Assembly (NCBI RefSeq): GCF_964204645.1
Contig: NC_134025.1
Coordinates: forward strand, 22,114,299 to 22,178,298
From: Tubulanus polymorphus
Taxonomy: Eukaryota > Animalia > Nemertea
Reading direction: 5' to 3'
DNA length: 64,000 bases
Below are positions 53,107 through 64,000 of the stretch, piece by piece. Position numbers and translations under genes: made by a program. Under the pieces are notes generated by a model, which saw nothing but the letters and a program-made list of their open reading frames with translations, did not search any database and had not been told where the DNA came from. How positions within the stretch are numbered: position 1 is the first letter of the stretch; the number at the start of each line of letters is the position of its first letter.

Positions 53107-55109
53107 TTAATAAGGAGCCGCCCTAAGAAGAAAAAATACATATGTATACAATTAATGAATACATACCCAGTACATACGAATTATTTGAAATTAAAAACAA
53201 AGTGGAACTTCGCTAACGCAAATCTTGTGGACAAAAGTGAAATTGTCCCATCAAAAGGGTTTTGTGTTATCCAAATCTCAATTGATATACAGATATCTTA
53301 GCTGGGAAATTCTGAAAATCATCGTTATAAACCGGTTTTGTCTTAAGCAGAATTGTATCAACGAGGTTCAACTGTATAAATTTTGAAGGAAATTACACAT
53401 TTTTTGTTAATCGATGACCACAAGCGCTTACCGAGCAAATGTGACAAGAGAAATGATGCCGAAAATGAGTTCCAAGCCGAGAAAAACGAATTCGATGGCG
53501 CACAGAATGACGTCAATTCTTAATACGTAGGTCTGCCAGATGATGAGGAATACGACGCCGAGCACCGAAGGTACTAGCATTACGATCGACAAGACCACGG
53601 TGATCATACGTTCCGTCAAATTGCCTTTTTGTCCTGAAATGATATAGTAGCAAACGAATTCCTGATTAATCATGTCAGAGTACAGTAAACTCAGGGGCGG
53701 ATCCAGGGACAGACTTTGACACGAGTCCAAAGAAATGGAAAGGGCATAAAAAGGGCAAGTTTCCGCAGAGAGCGAGTGCCAAGGCAAGACAGTGGTCTAG
53801 AAAATTTAGAAATTCCAGTACCTTTTCATACAATTTCTAGGCAGTGCAGGACATGAGAATATAAGCTGCATTTTATAATGATAATTCAGTTCATGTACAA
53901 AATACCTTACCGAGGAATATTCTCATGGCTTCTATGATAGTCCATATTAACAGAAGAACTACTTCAGCTGGTAATACGTTTGTGGCAAAAGGCAGGATTT
54001 CACCTGAAATATCAAATATTTTGTAACATTATCGTGCGATCTAACAGTCTCAACAAATCTCTACCTTTTCACAAAATTCCCTGACTATTCCCTGTTTTTT
54101 TTAAAGAAAACGAATTTCCCCGACTTTTCCCTGATTCCCAGGTAAGTGGCCACCCTTTTTAATGTAAAATGAACTTCTGCATCTTCCTATGATTTAAAAA
54201 GCACAGGGATCATTCATTTATTACGTACACTTAAAATTTGAGTTTTTCTGTACGCAAAATCGGCCATTTTTCATATACATGAAGCTTTACAGTACACAAT
54301 TGCACTGACCCCTCCCCCTCCCCTAATGCGTACGTAATAAATGAATGACACCAAAGTTTAAAAATAAAAATTATTACCGTTATAATTATCTACAAATATT
54401 AAGACGTTTAAATGAGATCGACTCACCTTTATAAATGAAGATAAGGATTTCGGCTATTGTGAAGAAGGCCAAATACCAAGCATTGCAAACAAGTAAGACC
54501 TGATACGGTAGGGATGATCGCTGAATAGTTAGTTAAGGAAGGTGAGAAGGGACTAATAGGGATGTGTTCAAAAGTTTTGTGAGAAATATATATCCCCAAA
54601 AAATCGATGTCAGACAAAAAAATAAGACTTTAGCAGTTGGTGACCGTATCATTAGTGTTAACTTTAATCAGAAAAAACTTATGGCTTGTGAAAATATGCA
54701 ATGAAAACCTTATATTGGACAAAACTTTGAGCAAAAAAATTGAAATGTTGATAAAAAAGGATACAATAACTTGTGATTTTCCTGCAATATAAAAATGAAT
54801 GCATTTAATAAAACAATAACATGTACTTTGATCTGGCCCGCTGGCCAACCCGCAAAAGCAAATAGACCGTACGCTAGCGCCAATCAAACTATGTGGCAAA
54901 ATTGAGAACTGAAAGAGCACTATCCAGTCGTACTTTGACGATTTATTACACTAATCTACACCATATCTAATTTGTCCACTTCTTTAAATTCATACGAAAT
55001 TGTCCTTTCAGAGATATTACGCAAATCAAGAGCGTTTTAAGTCACAAACAACGTGTTAAATACTGTTTATCGTTAAAAAATTAGGCAAACCTGACTTAGC
55101 ACCAGCCAT
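53107..55109 (-). CDS. TMEM216: Transmembrane protein 216 (TMEM17/216/80 family, ciliary transition zone), 146 aa; exons 55109-55091, 54781-54765, 54520-54427, 54003-53911, 53633-53432, 53122-53107
   Basis: Spliced product MAGAKSGKSQVIRSSLPYQVLLVCNAWYLAFFTIAEILIFIYKGEILPF...EAMRIFLGQKGNLTER...WQTYVLRIDVIL...FARAAPY matches family motifs (FxYKG, G-x-KGNL, QTYVLR). All splice phases are consistent; total 441 nt. Confidence 0.88.
53432..53633 (-). CDS. TMEM216: TMEM216 exon 5
   Basis: GQKGNLTERMITVVLSIVMLVPS...QTYVLRIDVILCAIEFVFLGLELIFGIISLVTFAR; boundaries ATTTCAG| and CG|GTAAGC. Confidence 0.9.
53911..54003 (-). CDS. TMEM216: TMEM216 exon 4
   Basis: GEILPFATNVLPAEVVLLLIWTIIEAMRIFLG; boundaries ATTTCAG| and G|GTAAGG. 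Confidence 0.88.
54206..54352. mobile_element. MITE family D in TMEM216 intron 3
   Basis: TIR core TCATTCATTTATTACGTAC / GTACGTAATAAATGAATGA is a perfect 19-bp inverted pair. Confidence 0.8.
54427..54520 (-). CDS. TMEM216: TMEM216 exon 3
   Basis: RSSLPYQVLLVCNAWYLAFFTIAEILIFIYK(G); donor AAG|GTGAGT. Confidence 0.88.
54521..54764 (-). other. U12-type (minor spliceosome) GT-AG intron, TMEM216 intron 2
   Basis: 5' site GTATCCTTTTT at 54764; branch point TTCCTTAAC at 54540-54532, about 12 nt before the AG; no polypyrimidine tract between branch point and AG. Confidence 0.88.
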
Positions 55110-55769
55110 CTTGGAATTTGAAGCCCGGGATTAATGTTTACGTTAGTAACGCGGGTTTAGGAAATCTCAAATAAGCCTAATTTATTTTTCAATAATCTAA
55201 CACAACATTCAATGATGATAAACAAAAAATATTCTATCGATGCGCTTAAATTTGATTCTAATTTTGAAAATTTTGAATTTCAAAACTAGGTCAAGATCAG
55301 TTCGACGACCACATAGAATTATTGAAAACTTGTGTGAATGACCTAAGTTTTTTTATTTTCTTAATTAATCCTGATAATTTAATGTTTCTCTAATGTTCGT
55401 ATCAACCAATCGAATGATGCATGTTAATTTCCTCCGCCATGATAGATTTAGCCACATCATCAAAACACTCGACCCACGTGTCAAGACTCGTTCAGAACTT
55501 TATTTCTAAATAAGAAATTTAAAAACTTAAATAGAATCCTAAAATTTTCACCAAATAATAATAAAAATGCATCTTAGCCACGTTGTAATTTAAAAAACTG
55601 CGTTAATATCTCGCAAATGCTAAAAACGCATCGAAAATCGCAAAGCGTTCGTATACTAGAGTAGAAACATGCACATGTACATGCTCATGTGACCGCAAAC
55701 ATGCGCATGTGGCCACTGCGAAACTACATTTTACTCCCTCTTTCGGTCTGCCATTGTTGTTAGTGAGAG
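55110..55769. promoter_or_regulatory. Bidirectional promoter shared by TMEM216 and SND1
   Basis: Divergent ATGs 660 bp apart. YY1-like CAAGATGGC spans the TMEM216 ATG; three NRF1-like ACATGnnCATGT palindromes (55667-55710); ACTACA motif at 55723; pyrimidine-rich start-like CTCCCTCTTT at about 55734-55743. Confidence 0.7.
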
Positions 55770-55820
55770 ATGTCGTCTTCGGAACAGTCGGGAAAAGTAT
55801 TTCGGGGCATCGTTAAACAG
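55770..55820 (+). CDS. SND1: SND1 exon 1
   Basis: [17 protein letters not shown]; donor CAG|GTAATT. Confidence 0.88.
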
Positions 55821-58800
55821 GTAATTATTAACTTAAAATGATGTACATTTATCCCACTCATGAGGGGAATAGCTGTAGCCAATTTATCGATAAATCGGTA
55901 GCGTTTTTACGCGTGAAAAAATGTTCCGTATGGGCGACGTGACGTACCGTGTCGTGTCCGTGTTTGTTGGTTGTTGGTATTGAATTGTGTACTGCTCTAC
56001 TACTACAACAGTACATGTACAGTACATCAGGCCCTACGGCTACTGTGCTTGCGCCTCAAAGCTTAAAATGATCACAGGGGCATGTATCAAAGAACTGTAA
56101 AAACGATCTGTTAATCCGGTTTAATTTTTTTATGAAAAAATAACTTGCAAATTATTTTACAGACTACAGGTCCTCAGCTCAGGTTAGGCCTTATATGCTA
56201 GATTATCGTTTATACAGTACCCGCAACTCTCTGATACGAGCCGCAGTGAAAATGATAGTCTAAATCATAGGCGTTGCCAGAAGGAATCTGCGCAGTAGCG
56301 ACCGACCCCACTTAAAATTAAATTTGAATTCCTCTAATTTTATGAAGTTTCAATTTTTTCATGCACTTTCGTCGAGATAAGAGCCTTAAAAAGTGGTTAA
56401 GACGCTTGGAAAGTGCATCTGGCGCCTGATTTTCTTGGGGGTGAATTTTCCAAATTTTCTTGGAACTCCGAAACCCCGGCTCTGGGGATCAGTACACTCC
56501 TTTGGCGAGCGTATTCCAGTTATCGCGGATTTCGACCTCCCCGTGGTGACGCCCTTGTAAAATTGATCACTCGTAAAGAATTACAATTTCTGACTCGTGT
56601 ATCTATTCATTTTCAGGTGCTCTCCGGTGATTCGATCATCATCCGGGAGCAACCTAAAGGTGGACCGCCTCCCGAAATGAACTTGTGCTTGTCGAATGTA
56701 ACCGCACCAAAATTGGCGAGACGCGCGAACCCTAACATCGAAGGGGCGCAAGAAACGACAGATGAGGTAAAATATGATCTGTTCCCTGGAATGCCACTGT
56801 GGCATGTAAAGATTCGCCCTGTCTGCTAGAGGCTTAGTCATTTCTGATTTCTAAGGGTCTAACCGATGAAACTGCTGTTGAACACTGCAGAGAGAAGTCA
56901 GTCACTCAAAAGTTGGCGGGAGTTTGTACGTGTACTCAAGGCGAAGGTGGACAAACGTGCTGCAATTTCAAAAAGTCACTAGAAGGCATACCAACCTTTT
57001 AGCGACTACTGCCGCCCTGTACAGACAATAATCAGTATGGGAGCCTCAAAATCCAGTTCAAAAAATAAGATTAACAAATTAGTTTTGACTATTAGGCCTA
57101 GGCTTTGTCAATTTTATTATTTGATTGTGGATAGGCCCTAGCCATTGCTGTAGATTATGGATAGGCCCTAGCTATTGTTGCAGGTTCTCCAGGTGAATGA
57201 ATTGAAATATTGTTGATCTTAATGTACTCACGACAGTCATTTATAATGAGAATGTTCATATTTTTGTCTACCTATTGTATTCATATGTAGTCACAGCTTG
57301 CGTGAACTGTCCAGATGACCAGCTGTGTATACCTGATTCAATTAATCATCCTCAGCAATGCTAGTTGCTGAGGCCATTCACAAAGGATTTTCGACTTATT
57401 GGAAGAGATGTTTAAAAATTATCAATTTTCCTAACTCACCTGGGATTCGTTAAGGGCATTTAAAAAGCTGAAAATTGGAAAAAAAACCTTTTTCCAGGTT
57501 GGGCAATATGCACTGGGCTTGGAAGTGAATAGCTTCAAAGTGACAGTGAATTTTAATCAACGGTGCACCTTTGAACCCAGTTTTCAATTTTTGGTTAGAT
57601 TTTAGTTGATAGATTAGTTACAAACCTTAACTACAGAGTCAAATAAAACTTTTGAACCGAGTCCTGGGTCAAGTTTCAATGAAAAGGTTCAACTTGTCAA
57701 ATTTTTGGTTTATTTCCTATCAGTTACTTCATGTTTCATTGAGGACAACCGAACCATTTTATGCTCAAACTTTTTCCTGAAACGGGACCCTGTAAAGCGT
57801 TACGATGAATCAGTGTGAAGAAAATAATTTGAAAACTAGACTATGATTTCGCTTTTGTTTCAGCCTTTCGCCTGGGAAGCACGCGAGTTCTTAAGAAAAA
57901 AGCTAATCGGAAAAGAAATCACATTCATTGAAGAATATTCTCCCCCATCCGCCGGTAGAAAATACGGATTCGTATTCGTCGGAAGAGGTTTGTTTTTATA
58001 GCCCCAATTTCGTGGTTCTGCAAATGCTCGAATTGTCTATCATCAAATGAATATGTTCTCTTTTATAGACCCTACTGTAGATGAAAATATCACGGAATCG
58101 ATTGTTGCCGAAGGTTTAGTAGAAGTTCGCAGAGCTGGAATCCGCGCTACGGAGTAAGTATTACTGATTTGATTGTAGTTTTACTAAAATGGATCCAATT
58201 TATTCGAGTCATATGAGACCAATTAGCCTAGATGAATACATTTATGTAGATTTATAGGTAAAGGTCAATTATAATTTGATTTAGAGGGCGGTCGTTGTTT
58301 GCATATCACAGCTTGCTTGTAGCTTGTGATGTATCACAACATCTTAGCTTAGTCCAGCCTTGTTTAGAAGATCAGGGTGGAAATGCGCATGTCTTTCGAC
58401 ATAGAAATTATCATCTTAACATATGAATTGATGAAATCATAAGGAGCCTGTCAATTTTCATTGTGGGTGTCCCTTCGAGTTTGCGTAGACTACAAGTTTT
58501 TGTGATATCACATGCCAGGTGGTGTCTCAACATGAGAAATTGAAAGAGAATCAGGGAATCTTGGATTTCTTTTGGGAAAATCAGGGGATTCTGACTTGTT
58601 CTCTTGAAAATCAGGGAAGTCAGGAAATTTTTGGTGTATTGGTGTTCTTGCCAGTGATGAGTGGACTTAAAGAACCTTTTGATCAAGAAACAGTCCCCAC
58701 AATCCATTGATTCAATCAGAAAAATTTTGGTCAAGGTTCAGGGGAATTTTGGCTTCCCTGATTAAGTTAGTAAGAACCCATGATTTTTAATGAAGCTTTA

Positions 58801-61800
58801 TATAAGCATAGAACTCAAGAGGGGCTGGGCACAAAACAAGGTCATGTTGTCTCAATGTTGTCTTTATTTTGTATGTTGCGTTTAGTGAAAAACAACAGAG
58901 ATTGGTTCAGTTAGAAGATGCCGCAAAAGAGGCGGGCAAAGGAAAATGGGCAACTGGAACTGGTTCAACGAATGTACGTAATGTTGTATGGAACTTGGAG
59001 AATCCTCGATTCTTTGTTGATTTGTTCAAAGGAAAGCCAGTTGATGGTGAGTGCCAAAATCATAATCTGTTTGATTCAACGTAGCTTGTCTAAATGAAAT
59101 TATGTTGTAACTTGTATCATATATTGCGGATATTTTTGAATTTTAGCTATAATTGAGCACGTTAGAGATGGTTGCACTGTGAGAGCTTTTGTGCTGCCTT
59201 CTTTCCACTACATCACCGTTATGTTGTCAGGAATCAAGGTATGTGTAACTGTTCTTTTTATGCCAAATTCTGTAAGGAAATACACACTTGGATTGCCCTA
59301 GTACAGTTAAGACAAGATGCTGGAGGACCATGTACCCGGTATGGTTGCTACTCATTGTGTTTTACGAACAGACACACATTACTTGAATGAAAATACATCT
59401 TGTTAGATGTCTACATTATTAGACACTTCAACTCACATTTTTGGTAACCGTAGTTGAATAGTACTATGGTGTAGGCTATAATTTATAATCCTCTCAAAGG
59501 TTTTTAACCTGAATGCATGAATACTACCTTCATGAACAACAAATGTATGTTCTTTACAGTCAACTTGAGATATATGGTCCACATTGGTGATTGTGGATTT
59601 TAGGGGTATGAGAGTATGGCCGTCTATCGGGGGTTCATTTTAACCTTTTTTCTAAGAAAAATCTTGGCATTATGGTGCGCTTACCAGGGATCGTCTGTAT
59701 TAGTGGTGTCTGAACTGTCCAGATTAAGTAGATTTCGGGGCTTCTTTCATTTTTCAGTGTCCAATGTTCAATAATCGCAATAACGAATCTAAACCCGATG
59801 AGTTCGCCGAAGAAGCGAAGTTCTTTACCGAATCGCGTTTGTTGCAAAGGGAAGTACAGATCGTCCTTGAGGGAGTTTCGAATCAGAACCTTCTCGGCAC
59901 CGTTTTACATCCAGTAAGTAATGAACACATTCATCCTTTCAGTGCGTAAATACTGCTGTGGGATGCATGAATTGGTGATGAACTTTGCTAGTACAACGCA
60001 TCGTGGTGTATTGACGTAATTAGTTGATATCTCTTGATGAAACATGGCAATACTTGTCAAACATGTCGAAATAAAAGTAACTCATGACATGCTGCATCGT
60101 GTTGTAGATGCTATTGAGCAATATGCCTGTTATACAGGCCACTTGGGTGGAATTTTTCAAAATCTTTGAATTATCTCTAGCACTATAAAATAACAATTAG
60201 CACTGAAAGGTTTAAGCTGTTGCAGCAGTAGTGAAAGAATTAAGTGTCCAACAGAACAAGTTTTCTCAGAAAAGGTTAATTGCTTGTAAAAGGCGTTGTC
60301 ATATGAACAAACAATTGTTCCTTTACAGAATGGAAACATTGCTGAGATTCTGCTGAAAGAAGGATTCGCTCGTTGTGTCGATTGGAGTATGGGAGTCATC
60401 GCGAACGCGGATGTGCGCGAAAAATTACGAGCCGCTGAAAAGTAAGCGGAAATCCACTATCCTATAACTTTACAACCCTGCTTAATCCAGTAGTAACGTG
60501 CACGTTATATACAATCATTCCAATTGTACTTCGGTACTACCGATATTCCTTTACAGAATTGATTTCTCATAAATCAGATATATCGGTATTGACATTGGTC
60601 CTGCGTGATCTGGATTGAGATGGTTTGAGCTGTATAGAAATCGTAATATCTTGACGTTGATCGATGCGCCAAATGCTGATTAAAATTCCAATTTACAGGC
60701 TAGCAAGAGATAATAAGAAGCGCGTTTGGAAAGACTATAAACCATCTGCTGCGGCTATTGAAGTAAAAGACAAATCATTTACTGCGAAGGTAATTGAAAA
60801 AAAATCTATTGGTGATCATTTCACTGTAGACACTAGTGTGATGCTGGATAGGCAAGTAATTACCGGGTATAGCGTTCAACTGCCAGATCCTTGGTTTGAA
60901 CCCTCTGCATAAGTGTTCCCAGGCAAGACATTCATTCTCGTCGCCTCTATCCACCCAGGAGCAATTCAATCTGAGTCCTTAGTAGCAACTGTATTGTTTT
61001 AAACTCCCCAGGGAGAGATAGATGACTGATTCAGCTAGATATATGTATATGGCTGTGCGTGTATATAGTCTAGGGGCCAAAAAACCTAAGAATAAGTGCA
61101 TTTGAACTGTATTTTTCTTGGGCCGTCTATATGAACATAAAAATTGATTACCAGTATTATTATTAACGAATAAGGGGCTAGTCATAATTTTGTATCAATT
61201 GTATATGCAGGTAGTTGAAGTGGTCAACGGCGATGCTTTGGTCGTAAAACAGGACACCGGATTCAAGAAAATATTCCTCGCTAGCGTGCGCCCGCCGCGC
61301 ATGTCCGATACGCCGGACGCCGAGAAAAAGGAAAGCGGTAAACAGGGCCGCACGAGGCCGCTATACGACGTGCCGTACATGTTCGAGGCGCGCGAATTCC
61401 TGCGCAAGAAACTGATCGGAAAGAAAGTTCAAGTTCAAGTTGATTATATTCAACCAGCTTCGCAGGGTTATCCCGAGAAAACGTGCTGCACTGTCTCTAT
61501 CCGAGGACTGTACGTATATTTATAATCTGTTCAATATATATGTTATTATTAATATTATTATTATTATTAGCATTACTATTGTTATCATTACCACCAATCT
61601 TCTTTTTTTTACTCTAGGGGGCCTGAACGTCTTAGTGATTGTACAGCCTTTAAGGCTCTGTTCAGGTCCCTCATCATCAATCTACTTATTTGTTATACAT
61701 TTTATTTGTAATTATAATTGATGATGAAATAAATGACATTACATTACATAAGCTGATCACTAATCGTCACTCCCACGCACTCCATTTATTCTGTATGCTT

Positions 61801-63933
61801 TGTTAAGCATTGTGTACATAAGGGTAATTTGATTTATTTGATACCTCCTCTACCCTCCAGTATTTGTCATTGATAATAATGATGATATTATTTTTGAACT
61901 CAACGCTCTCTACAACAATAGATAAAATTGAGGCGATTACTGGGTTGTAGATATAAGATTCGTTAAGATAACATTCTCTAAATAAAAATGTTCTAACCAA
62001 TGATTTAAACACCTTAAACGATGATGTAATGTAGCCCTAATGTGTTTTTGGCAAACTATTCCATAGACGAGGGGCAGAGAAAGAAAATAATCTTATACCA
62101 CTAACCTTGGAAATTGCTAAAATGATAATTACATCATTTCCATGCAATTTGCATGGCTATCATATTCTCATAAGAAGCCAGTCGTATTGTGTATTGTCTT
62201 AGTTTAGGGAGGAGGACACTAATAATTGGTTTGACAGTGACAATCTAGTTGGCTGTGTTGGCTAAATTTTCAGCAAAGTCTTGAATTACATCTGCTTTAA
62301 ATTCCAACAGTGAGAATGGAATAAATCTCATGTTTTAATCAGAAGTTTCTCTCATTTTATATAGGAATGTAGCTGAAGCGTTAATCAGTAAAGGCCTGGC
62401 ATCGGTTATCAGATATAGACAGGGAGATGATTCACGATCATCGTCTTACGACAGCTTACTGGCAGCAGAAGAGAAAGCTAAGAAGTATCTCGTTGGCATT
62501 CACAGCAAGAAAGAGCCTCCGATTCACAGGGTTGCTGATATTTCAGGCGTAAGTCCTCAACAACTTGGGTTTTTATGTATATTGTCGATGTTTATGTGAT
62601 TTTCTGCACAATAGTGGGATCATGTAATCCTAATCAGGGATTTGATCAGTCTGGGCAGGGATTCTAACCTGATGGTATCAATACTCCGCCACTCTAGACC
62701 CAGTGCGTATGTACATTCACAGGTTGCCTGTTGTATAATCACTGAAGCAAATTTCACCGATGAATTATAAAAGGAAAAACCTGCGTTAGAATAAAATGTG
62801 ATTTCTGATTCGCTTATAATGACATCACATAGCTGCGCACTTGGGCTAGTCAGGGAGGGTTTCATACCATGGCGAGTCTTGATGCCATCAGGTTTGAATC
62901 TCTGGCGGGGGAGAATGTCAGTGGCTGTACCCCTGAATGAATATTTCACCCTAGATTGAATGTGTGTTCATCGAATTAATATGCAAATTTCTTTTTCACA
63001 GGATGTAGCTAAGGCTAAACAATTTCTGCCGTTCCTGCAGCGAGCTGGTCGATCTACGGGCATCGTCGAGTTCGTCGCCAGCGGGTCTCGTTTGAGGATC
63101 TTCATCAGCCGTGAAACGTGTCTGATTACATTGCTACTATCGGGTATTAACTGCAGCCGATCTTCGCGACCCGGCGCCGGCGGCGTTACCGTGCCCGGCG
63201 AACCGTTCGGCGAGGAAGCTATGCTGTTTACGAAAGAGCAGTGCTTACAAAGAGAGGTTAGTCTTCTGGGGCCGGTTCCACAGTCAAGACTTAAGACCAA
63301 AAGTGGTCTTAAACCTTAAGACTGGTCTTAAGTTGTTAGATTGGCTATAGAACTAAGTTTGTCTTAGACCGGTCTTAAGTCTAAGCCCTGTCTATGGAAC
63401 CGGCCCCTGGTTTGTGTTGTTCGTGGTATCGTAGTCTTAGCGAATAGCGATTATGATTAGTGTCGTTCAAATAAAAAGGTAACGGCTATCTTCTTTTAAG
63501 TTAACTCATTCGAAATAAACTAATTTTAACTCAGAGTTAACTCTAAACCCACAACTGTGAAACTGGATCTGACATGTGCTGATAATACCTGACTTATGGC
63601 TGTATGGTCAGTCTATAGATAATCAGCAATATAGACTGTTACCTAACTGACTCCTATATTATTTCGGTTCCTGTATCGAATGACTAGTCAAAGTTACAAA
63701 TAAAAAACACAATAAATGATAATTCTAATCCCTTTAATTCACAGGTTGAGGTTGAAATAGAAGACATGGATAAGGGCGGAAACTTCATCGGTTGGTTGTA
63801 CGTCGACAACTTGAATCTGTCTGTGGCTTTAGTGGAAGAAGGTCTCGCCTCAGTTCATTTCACAGCTGAACGTTCGTCGAATTACAAGCCTTTGAAAGTC
63901 GCCGAGGATAACGCTAAGAAAAGAAAATCTAAT
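55770..63933 (+). CDS. SND1: Staphylococcal nuclease domain-containing protein 1 (Tudor-SN/p100), 5' part; exons 55770-55820, 56617-56766, 57864-57987, 58069-58153, 58886-59046, 59147-59238, 59758-59913, 60329-60441, 60699-60789, 61211-61509, 62365-62548, 63002-63256, 63745-63933; continues beyond the window
   Basis: Hallmark peptides [120 protein letters not shown]. All 12 complete GT-AG introns are phase-consistent. Confidence 0.97.
56617..56766 (+). CDS. SND1: SND1 exon 2
   Basis: [20 protein letters not shown]...ETTDE; boundaries TTTCAG| and GAG|GTAAAA. Confidence 0.93.
57127..57183. repeat. 30-bp tandem duplication
   Basis: TGGATAGGCCCTAGC(C/T)ATTG(C/T)TG occurs twice. Confidence 0.85.
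57575..57792. mobile_element. Two degenerate abutting MITEs related to family A, in SND1 intron 2
   Basis: Terminal pairs CCCAGTTTTCA...TGAACCGAGTCC and GGGTCAAGTTTCA...TGAAACGGGACCC. Confidence 0.45.
58372..58782. mobile_element. Degenerate non-autonomous DNA transposon with (A)TCAGGGAA subterminal repeats
   Basis: Starts CAGGGT, with repeated AATCAGGGAA/AGTCAGGAA; an inverted related fragment (TTCCCTGA repeats) lies at about 54070-54156. Confidence 0.5.
58886..59046 (+). CDS. SND1: SND1 exon 5
   Basis: [21 protein letters not shown]...GKPVD; boundaries TTTAG| and G|GTGAGT. Confidence 0.92.
59758..59913 (+). CDS. SND1: SND1 exon 7
   Basis: CPMF...[22 protein letters not shown]...VLHP; donor GTAAGT. 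Confidence 0.93.
60830..61165 (+). mobile_element. Degenerate tRNA-derived SINE with CORE-like centre and LINE-like tail
   Basis: B-box-like GGTTTGAACCC (about 60893); CORE-like GTGTTCCCAGGCAAGACATT...TCCACCCAGG; tail AAGTGCATTTGA...CTATAT...(TAT)n. Confidence 0.5.
61211..61509 (+). CDS. SND1: SND1 exon 10
   Basis: [13 protein letters not shown]...[25 protein letters not shown]...TVSIRG. Confidence 0.94.
62365..62548 (+). CDS. SND1: SND1 exon 11
   Basis: [38 protein letters not shown]...HRVADISG. Confidence 0.93.
63002..63256 (+). CDS. SND1: SND1 exon 12
   Basis: [17 protein letters not shown]...[10 protein letters not shown]. Confidence 0.94.
63269..63406. mobile_element. MITE family A (PIF/Harbinger-like) in SND1 intron 12
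   Basis: TIRs GGGCCGGTTCCA...TGGAACCGGCCC; 3-bp flanking duplication CTG; internally palindromic (CTTAAG repeats); close copy at 42865-43002. Confidence 0.85.
63745..63933 (+). CDS. SND1: SND1 exon 13
   Basis: [18 protein letters not shown]...AKKRKSN; donor GTAAGT. Confidence 0.93.
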
Positions 63934-64000
63934 GTAAGTCGTATATTTGTCGAATTGATACTGTTTACCCCATTATTGTAGCTGGGTAGTAATTCAGTCA

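Noticed and set aside
58654-58762. Box C (GTGATGA) and box D (CTGA) pair suggesting an intronic snoRNA in SND1
   Set aside because: Lies inside a transposon remnant, with no terminal stem or rRNA-complementary guide evident. Similar candidates at about 59975 and 61721 lack a properly spaced D box.

Overview
AT-rich eukaryotic genomic DNA with spliceosomal introns, probably from a bilaterian invertebrate; lophotrochozoan is a guess. Most ORFs in the track are spurious. Four genes are supported. (1) NK2.2/vnd homeobox gene on the minus strand: constant exons at 17795-17564 and 13088-12322, inside about 45 kb of CpG-rich non-coding DNA. (2) A single-coding-exon, probably disordered 224-aa protein (48123-47449, minus) with two PP1-docking RVxF-type motifs. 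(3) A 6-exon TMEM216 ciliary transition-zone gene (minus) with a 17-nt microexon and a U12 (minor spliceosome) intron. (4) The first 13 coding exons of SND1/Tudor-SN (plus), head-to-head with TMEM216 and running off the right end. The most striking signal is a series of short ATG-initiated exons upstream of NK2.2 (22170-21961, 27105-27031, 33250-33176; weaker 26684-26634, 39979-39923). Each ends in a phase-0 donor that fits the phase-0 acceptor at 17795, suggesting variable first exons spliced onto a constant homeobox region. Several MITE families, SINE-like relics and microsatellites are also present. All calls were made by eye, without database searches.
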